64,000 nucleotides of DNA. Source: an uncultured Luminiphilus sp. GTDB lineage: Bacteria; Pseudomonadota; Gammaproteobacteria; Pseudomonadales; Halieaceae. The translations under genes were made by a program, and so were the position numbers. The notes beneath the pieces were generated by a model. That model was not told the DNA's origin. It saw only the letters and a program-made list of their open reading frames with translations, and ran no database searches. Each line of letters opens with the position of its first letter. Within the stretch, counting starts at the first letter, position 1. Location: assembly GCA_943787385.1 (NCBI GenBank), contig CALSMF010000006.1, positions 68,890-132,889 on the forward strand. Direction: 5' to 3'. Below are positions 1 to 10,190 of this stretch, in pieces.

Positions 1-909
1 CTCAGTAACCGGGTGCTCTACCTGCAGACGCGTATTCATTTCTAAAAAATAAAACCGCCCTTCCTCGTCGACCAAAAACTCAACGGTGCCCGCCCCGACA
101 TAGTCAACCGCCCGTGCGACATTGACCGCCGCCTCACCCATTGCCCTGCGCAGCTCAGGCGTCATAACAGGACACGGAGATTCCTCAATCACTTTCTGAT
201 GTCGCCGTTGGATCGAGCAGTCCCTCTCCCCTAGGTGAACCACGTGCCCAAGCTGATCTGCAAATACCTGCACCTCAACATGGCGAGGCCGAAGTACCGC
301 GCGTTCAATAATGAGCTCGCTCGAGCCAAAGGCGTTCTGAGCTTCGGATTTCGCCAAGCCAATGGCATCTTCTAACTGGGACGACTCAGTGACGAGGCGC
401 ATACCACGACCACCACCACCCGCTGCCGCTTTTATCATTACAGGAAGGCCAATTTTCTCAGCGGCTCCCAGCAGCGTCTCGATATCCTGAGCTTCATCTT
501 GATAGCCGGGAATGCACGGCACGTCGGCCTCAAGCATGGCGCGTTTAGCGCGCGCTTTATCGCCCATGACCTCAATCGCTTGGTTGGGAGGCCCAATGAA
601 GACAATGTTTGCCTGTTCACAGGCGGCAGCAAAATCTGAATTTTCTGAGAGAAAACCATAACCCGGATGGATAGCATCTGCGCCCGCTTCAATTGCAGCG
701 GCCAAAACTTTTTCTTGGTTAAGATAGGAGTCGCTGACGATAGGGCCACCCAGTCGAATCGCTTGATCAGCTTCGCGGACATGCAAAGCGTCTTCGTCTG
801 CATCGGAATAAACCGCCACCGTACGAATACCCATGGCACGCGCGGTTCGCATAACACGGACCGCAATCTCACCTCGATTTGCGACCAATAAAGTCGAGAG
901 CGTTTTCAT
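1..909 (-). CDS. atuF: Biotin carboxylase (acyl-CoA/geranyl-CoA carboxylase alpha subunit), N-terminal part; runs off the window edge
   Basis: Not in the ORF track. Manual translation from ATG 909 gives MKTLSTLLVANRGEIAVRVMRTARAMGIRTVAVYSDAD, later GGGGRGMR and QRRHQKVIEE, all biotin carboxylase motifs. ATGA overlap with the upstream hydratase. Confidence 0.85.
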   Translation of the reverse strand, partial: MKTLSTLLVANRGEIAVRVMRTARAMGIRTVAVYSDADEDALHVREADQAIRLGGPIVSDSYLNQEKVLAAAIEAGADAIHPGYGFLSENSDFAAACEQANIVFIGPPNQAIEVMGDKARAKRAMLEADVPCIPGYQDEAQDIETLLGAAEKIGLPVMIKAAAGGGGRGMRLVTESSQLEDAIGLAKSEAQNAFGSSELIIERAVLRPRHVEVQVFADQLGHVVHLGERDCSIQRRHQKVIEESPCPVMTPELRRAMGEAAVNVARAVDYVGAGTVEFLVDEEGRFYFLEMNTRLQVEHPVTE

Positions 910-1715
910 ACATCAATCTCCACGTGCCAACGGGGTTTACGCTTCTCTATAAAAGATGACACCCCCTCTTTTCCCTCATCACTTTGCAAGCAGCGGCTAA
1001 AGTTTTCAGCGGCGTAAATCACTTTTTCGTCATCGGGGGTTTGCGGCATGCCGACAATTAATTCTTTGCAGGCGGCCACCGCGCCTGGGGCACAACCGAG
1101 GACATCGGACCGAATAGTGCGCTCAGCGTCTTCAAGCGCTTCAACCGAATCCACCGCAAGATCCAGAACACCCAAGGTCGCCGCCTCCGTGCCTCTGAAT
1201 CTCGCTGCTGTGAGCATAAGCCTGCGACCCACCGCATAACCGCATTTTTGTAACACGTAGCGAGCAATTTGCGCCGGCGTTATTCCAATTCGAGTTTCTG
1301 AAAAGGCAAACTTGGCATCGCTCATGCCCACGCTTACATCACAGCAGCAAGCAAGACCCAGACCTCCCGCCATGGCGGCCCCTTCAATCATTGCCACGGT
1401 CACCTGAGGTAGTGCGTTTAAATCAGCCAGAATGTCCCCAATACGCGTACTCGTTCTCATCGCTTGCTCACGCGCACCACTGGCGATCGCGTTAAAACTC
1501 TTAAGATCGCCACCGGCGCAGAAAAAGCCGCCCCGGCCTCTAAATGTGACGCCCCTGACACTGCGATCATCACGTACCGAGGAGAGGATGATCTCCAAGT
1601 CATCAACAACATCATCGGTGAGGGGGTTGCGGCGTTCAGGCTGATTAAACCAAACGGTCAACCAACCATTTTCAAGGCTTAGATCTACTGATTTCGTTTC
1701 AGGTAATGCTGTCAT
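906..1715 (-). CDS. atuE: Enoyl-CoA hydratase/isomerase (isohexenylglutaconyl-CoA hydratase-like)
   Basis: Crotonase motifs FCAGGDL, GAAMAGGLGL, EGKEGVSSFIEKRKP; atu gene context. Confidence 0.8.
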   Translation of the reverse strand: MTALPETKSVDLSLENGWLTVWFNQPERRNPLTDDVVDDLEIILSSVRDDRSVRGVTFRGRGGFFCAGGDLKSFNAIASGAREQAMRTSTRIGDILADLNALPQVTVAMIEGAAMAGGLGLACCCDVSVGMSDAKFAFSETRIGITPAQIARYVLQKCGYAVGRRLMLTAARFRGTEAATLGVLDLAVDSVEALEDAERTIRSDVLGCAPGAVAACKELIVGMPQTPDDEKVIYAAENFSRCLQSDEGKEGVSSFIEKRKPRWHVEIDV

Positions 1716-1717
1716 GA

Positions 1718-3340
1718 TTACATCCTTGCCACGCCGAAGCTGTTTGATTGCAGACTACGGTGGCGCCCTTCAATGATAGTTTCTAAACAAAATGCCAAAA
1801 CTTTACGGGTGTCCCTGGGATCAATGATCCCGTGATCAAGCACGCGGCCAGACGTGTAAAAGGCATCCTCTTGGGCATCAAAATGCTGCTTGATCATTTG
1901 CGCCTGTGCCTCGAGCTGCGACTCGGGTATCGGTTTACCTTTACGCGCAGCCCCGACTTTAGCCACTTCAGTCATCGTTGTTGCAGCGCTCTGACCTGCC
2001 ATTACACCCGTACGAGCATTGGGCCATGCAAACAAAAAATCCGGTTCGTAAGCCCACCCACACATGCCGTAATTTCCTGCGCCATAGCTGGCGCCGACGT
2101 AGAGAGACAATTTAGGCACGCGAGCATTGGCAACCGCCTGAATCATCTTCGAACCATGCTTAATCATGCCTGCATGCTCATACTGTGTTCCCACCATATA
2201 CCCCGAGGTGTTGTTCAAGAAAATAATCGGGAGGTCAGACTGATCACACAGCTGTATGAATTGGGCTGCTTTAGTTGCACCGTTTGTATCGATAGGACCG
2301 TTATTACCAATAAAACCACAGGCGACTCCTGTGATGGTTGCGTGACCACAGACCGTGGATATGCCATAGCGTGATTTAAATTCTTCGATGGCAGAGCCAT
2401 CAACCACGCGGGCTAAAATCTCCCTCACATCGTAGGGCGTACGAGGGTCAGTTGGGATTGCACCAGCAAGCTCCTCAGCGGAATATTGGGGCTCGCTGTA
2501 GGGTCGTCTCGAAAAGCCGGTCAATCGTTTATTCCAATCGAGGCACTCCATAACTTCGCGAGCTTTTAAAAGACCATGTGCATCGTTTTCAACGAGGTAC
2601 TCCACAACGCCGGTCACACTGGCATGCATCTCGGTGCCCCCGAGCTCACGATCATCTGCATCTTCCCCTGTTGCCGCCTTGACCAATGCAGCGCCGCCTA
2701 AAGCCGCCATCCCGTTTTCTTTAACACCAATAACATAGTCAGACATACCGGGCATATAAGCCCCCCCGGCCGTTGACCCACCGTGCAATACGACCATTGT
2801 TGGCAGCCCCTTTGCAGACAGACGCGCCAAATCGCGAAAGACACAGCCGAACTCAGACCACAGTTCCACCTTATATTTGAGAAGGTTGGCGCCCGCACTT
2901 TCAACCAGATGTATCAACGGAAGGTTTTGGCGCAGGCAAATCTTCAAGAGTGATCGGGTCACATTTAACGTTGAATCAGTGGCCGCTCCTGCTGCGATGC
3001 CCGAGTCGTCGACCCAGACCATGCAGCGAATACCACTGACAAAACCGATACCCACGATGACCGAGGCACCGGGGACGCTGAGCTCGCTATCAGACTCCTC
3101 GACGCGAAAATTTGCCATCGAGTGCAGCTGCAAAAATGGCATACCGGGGTCTATCAACGTATCTAGACGCTCCCGAGGTGTTAATTGACCCCGAGCTCGG
3201 AAGGTTTTGAGCCTACGATTGGAGGCCTCTTCCGTTCGCTGCTCGTACTGCCTCAGTTGATCAACAAAACCGAGCATGCGCCCGCGATTTTCGCTAAACG
3301 CCTCTGAGTCTGTGTGCAAGGTCGAAACAATAGTAGCCAT
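1718..3340 (-). CDS. atuC: Acyl-CoA (geranyl-CoA) carboxylase beta/carboxyltransferase subunit
   Basis: LVESAGANL, GGSTAGGAYMPGMSDY, ASYGAGNYGMCG, DHGIIDPRDTR. Start trimmed to MATIVS at 3340, just after the atuA stop. Confidence 0.85.
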   Translation of the reverse strand: MATIVSTLHTDSEAFSENRGRMLGFVDQLRQYEQRTEEASNRRLKTFRARGQLTPRERLDTLIDPGMPFLQLHSMANFRVEESDSELSVPGASVIVGIGFVSGIRCMVWVDDSGIAAGAATDSTLNVTRSLLKICLRQNLPLIHLVESAGANLLKYKVELWSEFGCVFRDLARLSAKGLPTMVVLHGGSTAGGAYMPGMSDYVIGVKENGMAALGGAALVKAATGEDADDRELGGTEMHASVTGVVEYLVENDAHGLLKAREVMECLDWNKRLTGFSRRPYSEPQYSAEELAGAIPTDPRTPYDVREILARVVDGSAIEEFKSRYGISTVCGHATITGVACGFIGNNGPIDTNGATKAAQFIQLCDQSDLPIIFLNNTSGYMVGTQYEHAGMIKHGSKMIQAVANARVPKLSLYVGASYGAGNYGMCGWAYEPDFLFAWPNARTGVMAGQSAATTMTEVAKVGAARKGKPIPESQLEAQAQMIKQHFDAQEDAFYTSGRVLDHGIIDPRDTRKVLAFCLETIIEGRHRSLQSNSFGVARM

Positions 3341-3341
3341 G

Positions 3342-5153
3342 TTAACTTTCCAAAAGGTTTTCGGGGATAGAGATTGGGGTGTCGAGCAGAATCTGCGCGA
3401 AGCTTTTCGCTTGAGGGTCATTGCGTAAACTCGCAACACCCCCACCGCCCAAGGCATTGTGCAGGACAAAATTCAGACCTGGTAGCCCGGGCAAATAAAA
3501 TCGATTAATTGCCGGCGTGGTCATGAAGTGTGCAAAACGCGTCGCAACGTACTCCGAAGTTAATACCTGAGCGATCCAAGGCAGATAGGCTTCAGCACGT
3601 GCCATGATACCTATATTCGCTTTATCGCCCTTATCACCCGATCGCCCCCAGGCAAGACGCTCCAACGGAACCGTCACTAGATCGCTGTGCTCCTGAGCGA
3701 TTTGTCCTGACATCATGGGAATATCGAGGGGTTCAACCAAAATATCCGGCGCAGCAGCCTCAAATGGCAGGGGCAGCTCATTGCCACCCCTGTGGTCGAA
3801 CAGTGATAGCGTGACCGATGATTTAGGCACCCTAATAGAAAACAGACGAATAACAGGCGATGGCTTTGCACGGGTGCCTGCAAAGAAAGCGAGGCCCGGC
3901 GGCGCACCCAGGGCCGCCCCTGCCACCTCCCGCAGTAACAATGCGACCGCTCGCTTATCCTGATGTCTACACGCGATTTTGACCGCCACTTCTCGACTAC
4001 GGACATACCGTGCTGATTCCCCCCAATGACTCTCGTCACCAACGATCTCGATCGTGACATCATCGAATCCTGAAATACCGTTAACGGCCAGCTTCTGCTC
4101 TGCGCGCTTGCGCACCTCATCCGCGAAAATCCGGGCTTTTTCAGCCGCTTTTCGACCCAGATACCAAAGCGTAGTGCCCGCCCGCCAGCCATCTGCCCAG
4201 GTCATGCTGACCTTGTAATCACTGGGCACGCCCCGACCCTTGGCACCTTTAACGTGAACCTGATCGGGCCCAATTTGTTGCAACTCGACGGAGGAGAAGT
4301 CACAAATCACATCGGGGAGTACGTAGTGAGACGGGTCATCGATTTCATAAAGTAGCTGCTCCCCCACCGTGCCTCGATTCACTATCCCACCGGTATTCTG
4401 GGGTTTAGTAATGACCGCCTCGCCATCGCTGGATACTTGCGCTATTGGATATCCCACCTCAAAGAGCGAATCGGCAACGCTCTCCCAGTCAGTAAAGTTG
4501 CCCCCTGTCACTTGGGGTCCGCACTCAATCAGATGCCCAACCAGAGACCCCGCCGCCAATTGATCGAGGGCATCGGGCGCCCAGTTAAAAGCATGAATAC
4601 AGGCTCCCAAAGTCACGGCACTGTCGACACAACGTCCAGTAATAACTATATCGGCACCGTGACTCAGCGCCTCCGCGACAGGAAACGCGCCAATGTAGGC
4701 ATTGGCGCTGGCTATTTTATCTGCAGGGGGCATTGGCTCTAGGGAGAACATCTCCCGAGCTCCACCGCTGGCGAGTTCAGCAACCCGAGGCAGCAGATCG
4801 TCCCCAACGATGACCGCAACCTTCAATGACAGTCCCGCTTCAGCGATGCACTCCCGTATAGCCTGAGCGCAGGCTTCAGGATTAACGCCGCCAGCATTAC
4901 TAATGAGCTTCACTCCCGAGTCGGCTATGGCCTGCAAATTTGGCCGCACCATAGCGCTCACAAAGTCGGTCGCGTAGCCTAGAGATTCATTGCTTGAGCG
5001 CGCCCGAGCTAAAATCGACATTGTGATTTCAGCGAGATAATCAAAGACTATATAGTCTAGATCGCCCTCAGACAGGAACTGAGCCATAGCCAGGTCCGTT
5101 TCACCCCAAAAGCCTGTAGCTCCACCAATTCTTATCGACTGCTTAACACCCAT
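3342..5153 (-). CDS. atuA: Acyclic terpene utilization protein AtuA (DUF1446)
   Basis: IRIGGATGFWG, DYLAEITMS, GRSGDKGD, LGGGGVASLRNDPQAK. Start trimmed to MGVKQ. Confidence 0.9.
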   Translation of the reverse strand: MGVKQSIRIGGATGFWGETDLAMAQFLSEGDLDYIVFDYLAEITMSILARARSSNESLGYATDFVSAMVRPNLQAIADSGVKLISNAGGVNPEACAQAIRECIAEAGLSLKVAVIVGDDLLPRVAELASGGAREMFSLEPMPPADKIASANAYIGAFPVAEALSHGADIVITGRCVDSAVTLGACIHAFNWAPDALDQLAAGSLVGHLIECGPQVTGGNFTDWESVADSLFEVGYPIAQVSSDGEAVITKPQNTGGIVNRGTVGEQLLYEIDDPSHYVLPDVICDFSSVELQQIGPDQVHVKGAKGRGVPSDYKVSMTWADGWRAGTTLWYLGRKAAEKARIFADEVRKRAEQKLAVNGISGFDDVTIEIVGDESHWGESARYVRSREVAVKIACRHQDKRAVALLLREVAGAALGAPPGLAFFAGTRAKPSPVIRLFSIRVPKSSVTLSLFDHRGGNELPLPFEAAAPDILVEPLDIPMMSGQIAQEHSDLVTVPLERLAWGRSGDKGDKANIGIMARAEAYLPWIAQVLTSEYVATRFAHFMTTPAINRFYLPGLPGLNFVLHNALGGGGVASLRNDPQAKSFAQILLDTPISIPENLLES

Positions 5154-5327
5154 GAAATACCCTTTATAAAGTTCCACACGAGACGCACTCATACACTTCA
5201 ACGGTATCGTGTTGGACCGCATCAATCCGTGAGTCGCCACCAGCCACAAACCTGTCGTCACACTATGCGCCACCCCAACCCCGAGGCTGCTCAAAGACAG
5301 ACTTAGTGTTTGATGATAGCGCTAATA

Positions 5328-5360
5328 TGATGGATACTCATTTATTATGAGCCTTCCTCA
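5328..5360. promoter_or_regulatory. Imperfect inverted repeat, candidate TetR operator
   Basis: TGATGGATACTCAT-ttatt-ATGAGCCTTCCTCA, with 10 of 14 arm positions complementary, between divergent atuA and tetR. Confidence 0.4.
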
Positions 5361-5387
5361 TTTCACGCACTATAGGAATCTTCGTCC

Positions 5388-6101
5388 ATGAGCGCAAGTT
5401 CTTCTCATCAGAAAAACACCCAGCGCGAGCGCCTAGAAGCCAGGGAACAGAATATTTTAAAGGCTGCTACCGAAGCCTTTTCGGCTCTGGGCGTTGACGG
5501 TACGACAATGGCTGAGATCGCGCGGAGAGCCGATATCGCAGAAGGCACTCTCTACCTTTATCACAAAAATAAGCAAGACTTGCTCGCGGTTGTGGTCCAA
5601 AATTTTTGGGCCGAATTAACAAAAGGAGCGCTTATTGCCGTAGATGTCAGCCTGCCCGTCATGACGCAATTAGAACAGTTGGCAACCTATCATCTCGCCG
5701 CACTGATTCAGCAATCTGACATGGTGGGGCTGACCTATCGAGCAAGGCTTCGACACGGCGAACCCGAGTATCAATTACCCAAAATCCGTGAATACGTGCG
5801 CGTTTTCGATCAAATAATGGAGCGCGGCATCAACCGCAAAGAATTATCGGAGGCGATACCCCTATGGCAATGCAGAGACGTTTTTTATGGGGCTTTGGAG
5901 TATTCGTCTCGAACTTTGCTTCTGCGAGAAGCCGAGTTCGACCCATCGGTCGTTAAGCAACTCCTAGCCATGTTTCAGCCCTACACGATAGATCAGACCC
6001 CATTAATTATGGCAGGCCAAAAAGACACCTCAATTTCGAACAGACTGGAAAAGATAGAATCGCAGCTCGCCAAATTGCTGAGCGACAGGGAGTCAAATTA
6101 A
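5388..6101 (+). CDS. TetR/AcrR family regulator (likely regulator of the atu genes)
   Basis: N-terminal HTH TTMAEIARRADIAEGTLYLYHKNK; divergent from atuA. Confidence 0.85.
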   Translation: MSASSSHQKNTQRERLEAREQNILKAATEAFSALGVDGTTMAEIARRADIAEGTLYLYHKNKQDLLAVVVQNFWAELTKGALIAVDVSLPVMTQLEQLATYHLAALIQQSDMVGLTYRARLRHGEPEYQLPKIREYVRVFDQIMERGINRKELSEAIPLWQCRDVFYGALEYSSRTLLLREAEFDPSVVKQLLAMFQPYTIDQTPLIMAGQKDTSISNRLEKIESQLAKLLSDRESN

Positions 6102-6131
6102 CACGAGTTCCCGAAAAAAATAAAAAACAGG

Positions 6132-7086
6132 TTATTTGTATTGCGCTTTCAAAGCGTCAATAAAAGCGGCTAAGGCTTCAGTGGGTAACTGATTAATACC
6201 TGCCGCTGCCGCCCTTCCTCCACCCTGTTGGGAATTGCTTGCAAACGACATCTGCCCCGAACCGATTTTTCACAGGCGCCCTAACACTCACGAGAAACCC
6301 CTCGGGAATCTCAGTAAGCACGGCATGGGCACGATGCGGTGCGTCGAGGGCCAGCTTGTTACCAAGAACGCCACTCACTCGACGCGCCCAAGGCTCATCG
6401 GGCAGCCTGATCACCGCCACTGATGGCTCATCAATCAGCTGATAAGCGGCTTCACCACGGCTCATGTCATCGCGATAACCCGCTTGTAATACCTGCATGA
6501 CATCGGGATCTTCGGCCAGACAAATATCGGGGCTGACATAGGGCAATAATCGCCGATAAAGACTCTCAGGATTAAAGTGTAGGTCACTAACATGAGCACC
6601 GTAGGCATTGTAATTAATGAGAATACCCAGCTCCCGCCACAGCCTGAGATCAGGAAGAATGGGCAGGGTTTGCGCAATGCGCCCTGCGGTTTCATCAAGG
6701 TTATCGCCAAAACAACCGACCACAGCCCAACTAGCACCCGCTCCTGATAAATGCCCGTTAACGAGTGCAGAGGTACACACCTCTGGCGCTGTATTAATTA
6801 ACAGTTCAAGCCTCGGCGCAGTCGGCAGCTCTCCTGAATTGTGATGGTCGACGTAGAAAACTTCGGCGCCAATTTCCAGAAGTTTATCAAGAGCCTGTCG
6901 ATTCTTTTCGACCGCCACATCGAGCACGGTGACCAGATCTCCGGAAGCGGCTGTCACTCGGCTGAGAAGTCCAATGTCGCGCTTCACGCCGGTCACCAAT
7001 GTGGCGCTACGAGGTGTGTGCTGGCGTAGCTGCAACAGCGCGCAGATGCCGTCCGCATCTCCGTTGAAAACATCGAAATACGCCAT
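6132..7086 (-). CDS. DHH-family phosphoesterase (apparent frameshift near 6224)
   Basis: NGDADG and VDHH motifs. Removing one G from GGG at 6223-6225 restores the DHHA1-type tail FPTGGGRAAAAGINQLP, ending at TAA 6132. Confidence 0.75.
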
Positions 7087-7105
7087 AAAAATTCGGCCCT
7101 GGGGG

Positions 7106-9149
7106 CTACCCCTTAGGAGCTGATTGGCCCGAACTTAACGGCAAGACAGTGACATTCTCGGCTTGAGCTACCTGACGAGCACGCTTGCCCACACGACCCT
7201 GCTTTAACCAAACAAAGTCGTGTCGGACTTCATGGGCTTCAAAACCGCTCACATAAGTCACGGAGAATTTTTGTGATGGCATCGCAATCAAGTGCTGCGC
7301 AGGCCTCGATCAAAGCCCTTGTCGCAACCTCGAGCACCTCAAAATCTAGGCTGTCTTCTTCGGCCCGCATAATCATTGGGTGCCCGGTGCCCGCCACCGA
7401 CGTCCCCAGCAGTAATTCTTCGTGCAGCTTTTCGCCTGGGCGCAAGCCAATAAACTCAATATCGATGTGCTCCGAGGACAGTGCATCGCCCTCCAGTTCA
7501 TAGCCACTGAGTCGAATCATTCGCCTCGCCAAGTCGACAATTCGCACCGGCTCGCCCATGTCGAGAACAAAAACGTCACCACCGGTACCCATCGCTCCTG
7601 TCTGCAAAACAAGCTGCGCTGCTTCAGTAATGCTCATAAAATATCGAGATACGTCAGGGTGTGTCACCGTGACAGGGCCACCCGACTCGATCTGCTCTCT
7701 GAACAAAGGCACAACAGAACCTGACGAACCCAGCACGTTTCCAAAACGCACAATACAGAATCGTGTAGGTGTTTCCCGTTGCGCTAATCCCTGAACAATC
7801 AGCTCGGCATAGCGCTTTGAAGCGCCCATGATATTTGCAGGGCGTACCGCTTTGTCTGTGGAGACTAAGACAAAAGTTTCAACACCGGCGCGCTCAGCGG
7901 CAAGCGCTGCCGACCACGTGCCCTCCACATTATTAGCCACGCCCTCGGCAACGTTATATTCCACTAAGGGAACATGCTTGTAAGCCGCTGCATGGTAAAC
8001 GGTCTGCACCTTAAACGTTTTGTAAAGCGACTCCAGTCTACGTTGGTCACGAACAGAACCCAGTAAAGTCACCACAGGAAAGCGGTAGTCTTCTTCATGG
8101 CAAAGCGCCTTAAGCTCCTGCTCAATGTTATAGAGCGCAAACTCTGAAATATCGAGCAACACGAGCTCTCGTGGTGCTGAGGCCATGATCTGTCGACAGA
8201 GCTCCGAACCAATCGACCCCCCCGCACCCGTCACCATAACAACCTTGTCATGAATGCAACTATCGATCAGCTCGGGATGGGGTGGCACCGGGTCTCGGCC
8301 CAGTAGGTCATCGAGATCCACATCTTGAATTTGGTTAACGCTCGCCCTACCACCAACCAGCTCAGAAATTTTGGGAACTGTACGAACGTGTACGGGGATT
8401 CCCACTAAAGAATTGATAATTTCACGCCGTCGCTCTGCTGAAGCCGAAGGAACCGCCAATAGTACCTGCGCGATTCTTTGCTCTTTAACCAAGGACTCTA
8501 AATTATCGGAATGAAAAACAGGCCGACCATTGATAAGCGTATTACGCAGCACTACGTCGTCATCGATAAACGCGTAAACCTCGTAATTAGCTCCGTGGTT
8601 TAAGGCGTGTAATAACTGCCGACCCGATTCACCCGCACCATAAATAAGGACCTTTCTAGACCCTCGCTCTGAGGACGCCTGATAAAAAGCTCGGGCCACT
8701 AGGCGGACCCCACCTGTTCCGAAAAATAAGAATAGCCAGAAGATACCCGGCGCTGAAGGTGCAACATCCAAACCCCAGTAGAAAGTCGCTAGCGCGAAAC
8801 TAAGTGCCACTAGCGTCACCGCGCCGACCAAATCCCAGACGGCATCAGGGCCCATATGCCGAATCAGGGATCGGTAAAGACGGCGACCCACGAAGACTGT
8901 GGCGGCAAAGCATAGGATACCGAGAAAAATCAGAAGTTCTTGGGTATTTGCGGGAAACAATGGACGGTTGTATCCGAGGCTTGCAGAACCCGTTAACGCC
9001 AAGCAAACGAGACACAAATCGGTACACAGCAGCAGGGCAAAACGCAAACTCCTCGACGGATTCCACCTACCGCCAGTACTGCTCACTCCAGTAGAGTTTC
9101 CCGCTTTGACACGGGATGCATTGAGACGCCGATTGAAGTGCTTCACCAT
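7106..9149 (-). CDS. wbpM: Membrane-anchored nucleotide-sugar 4,6-dehydratase, WbpM/CapD/PglF family (C-terminal frameshift near 7256)
   Basis: TGAGGSIGSEL, HAAAYKHVP, STDKAVRP, RFGNVLGSSGSV, GLRPGEKLHEEL. The ORF stops at 7239, but the alternative frame continues YVSGFEAHEVRHDFVW to 7106. Confidence 0.85.
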
Positions 9150-9224
9150 TCAACTACAACTTTCTAAATGCAATATGCTGAGCACTTGAATACAGCTGCC
9201 AGCACGTCTGCGGAACCGAATAGT

Positions 9225-10190
9225 TTACGATTTACTTCGACTGTATGCTACAAGCGCTAACGACGGAATTGTCGAGAAAATTACCGCAAAAATCTGGGAA
9301 TAAGGGCCAAAAACGGCCCACAGAGCTAGCGGAAACTGCCAAAGCGCCTGCAATACCAAAAGGCCGCAATTAACCGCCAACGGCGACCTTGTCCCTCGAA
9401 GAAGACGTTGGTAGCCGTGTTCACTATGGGCCTCAGCGAGGGATTTACCCTGCAGGAGTCGTATCATTAGTGTGCAGGTAGCGTCTACGATAAAAGGCAT
9501 CATGACAATCAGCCAAACCGCGCCCAAGCGATTATCTTGACCCGCGGCATACAATCCCAAGCAGCCCAGATAGAAACCCAGAAACACGGCGCCACTGTCC
9601 CCCATAAACAAACTTGCAGGAGGCCAATTCCGCCAGATGAAGGGCAGTAACGCCGCCGCGAGCACCAGAGTAAAATGGGTGATGCCCGGCGCTTCCGGTA
9701 TGAAGAGGCTGATAACGGCCATGCTAAGGCAAACACAAAGGGCTTGGGTACCGACAAAACCGTCGACACCATCCATAAAATTCACGAGATTAATGGTCCA
9801 TCCAAGCGCCAATATGGCCAGCCCGACAAGCAGCAACGGTGCAGCCTCCAGTAGCGTTATCACAGCAATTATTGACGCCGTCAGATAGACGAGTAGGCGC
9901 ACCCCTACAGGCAGCTTAAAACGATCGTCAATTAACCCCACAACCGCCACCACCAAACCACAACTCTGCAGAATCAAAAGTAGTGAATGCGTTTCAGCGG
10001 GGAAGACACCGGGCACAAACAGCGCCAATAGCGCCGCGAGCGCAAAACAAATACCGGCCCCCACGGGTGTCGGGCTTCGATGAGCACTGCGGGCATTGGG
10101 CTGGTCCACAAAACCCCACCTTGGCGCGAGTCGTGCAAAACAGATCAGCAGTAAAGTTGATAGACAAAAAGCTAAAAGAATAGCCAGCAT
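9225..10190 (-). CDS. MraY/WecA-like (WbpL-type) polyprenol-phosphate glycosyl-1-phosphate transferase
   Basis: DQPNARSAH, GLIDDR, NFMDGVDG, FMGDSG; multiple TM helices; TGATG coupling with the epimerase. Confidence 0.85.
   Translation of the reverse strand: MLAILLAFCLSTLLLICFARLAPRWGFVDQPNARSAHRSPTPVGAGICFALAALLALFVPGVFPAETHSLLLILQSCGLVVAVVGLIDDRFKLPVGVRLLVYLTASIIAVITLLEAAPLLLVGLAILALGWTINLVNFMDGVDGFVGTQALCVCLSMAVISLFIPEAPGITHFTLVLAAALLPFIWRNWPPASLFMGDSGAVFLGFYLGCLGLYAAGQDNRLGAVWLIVMMPFIVDATCTLMIRLLQGKSLAEAHSEHGYQRLLRGTRSPLAVNCGLLVLQALWQFPLALWAVFGPYSQIFAVIFSTIPSLALVAYSRSKS

Noticed and set aside
9067-9074. ops-like GGCGGTAG at the 5' end of wbpM (minus strand)
   Set aside because: It lacks the downstream TG and JUMPstart context, and the same 8-mer occurs in unrelated genes (about 40753 and 42387).
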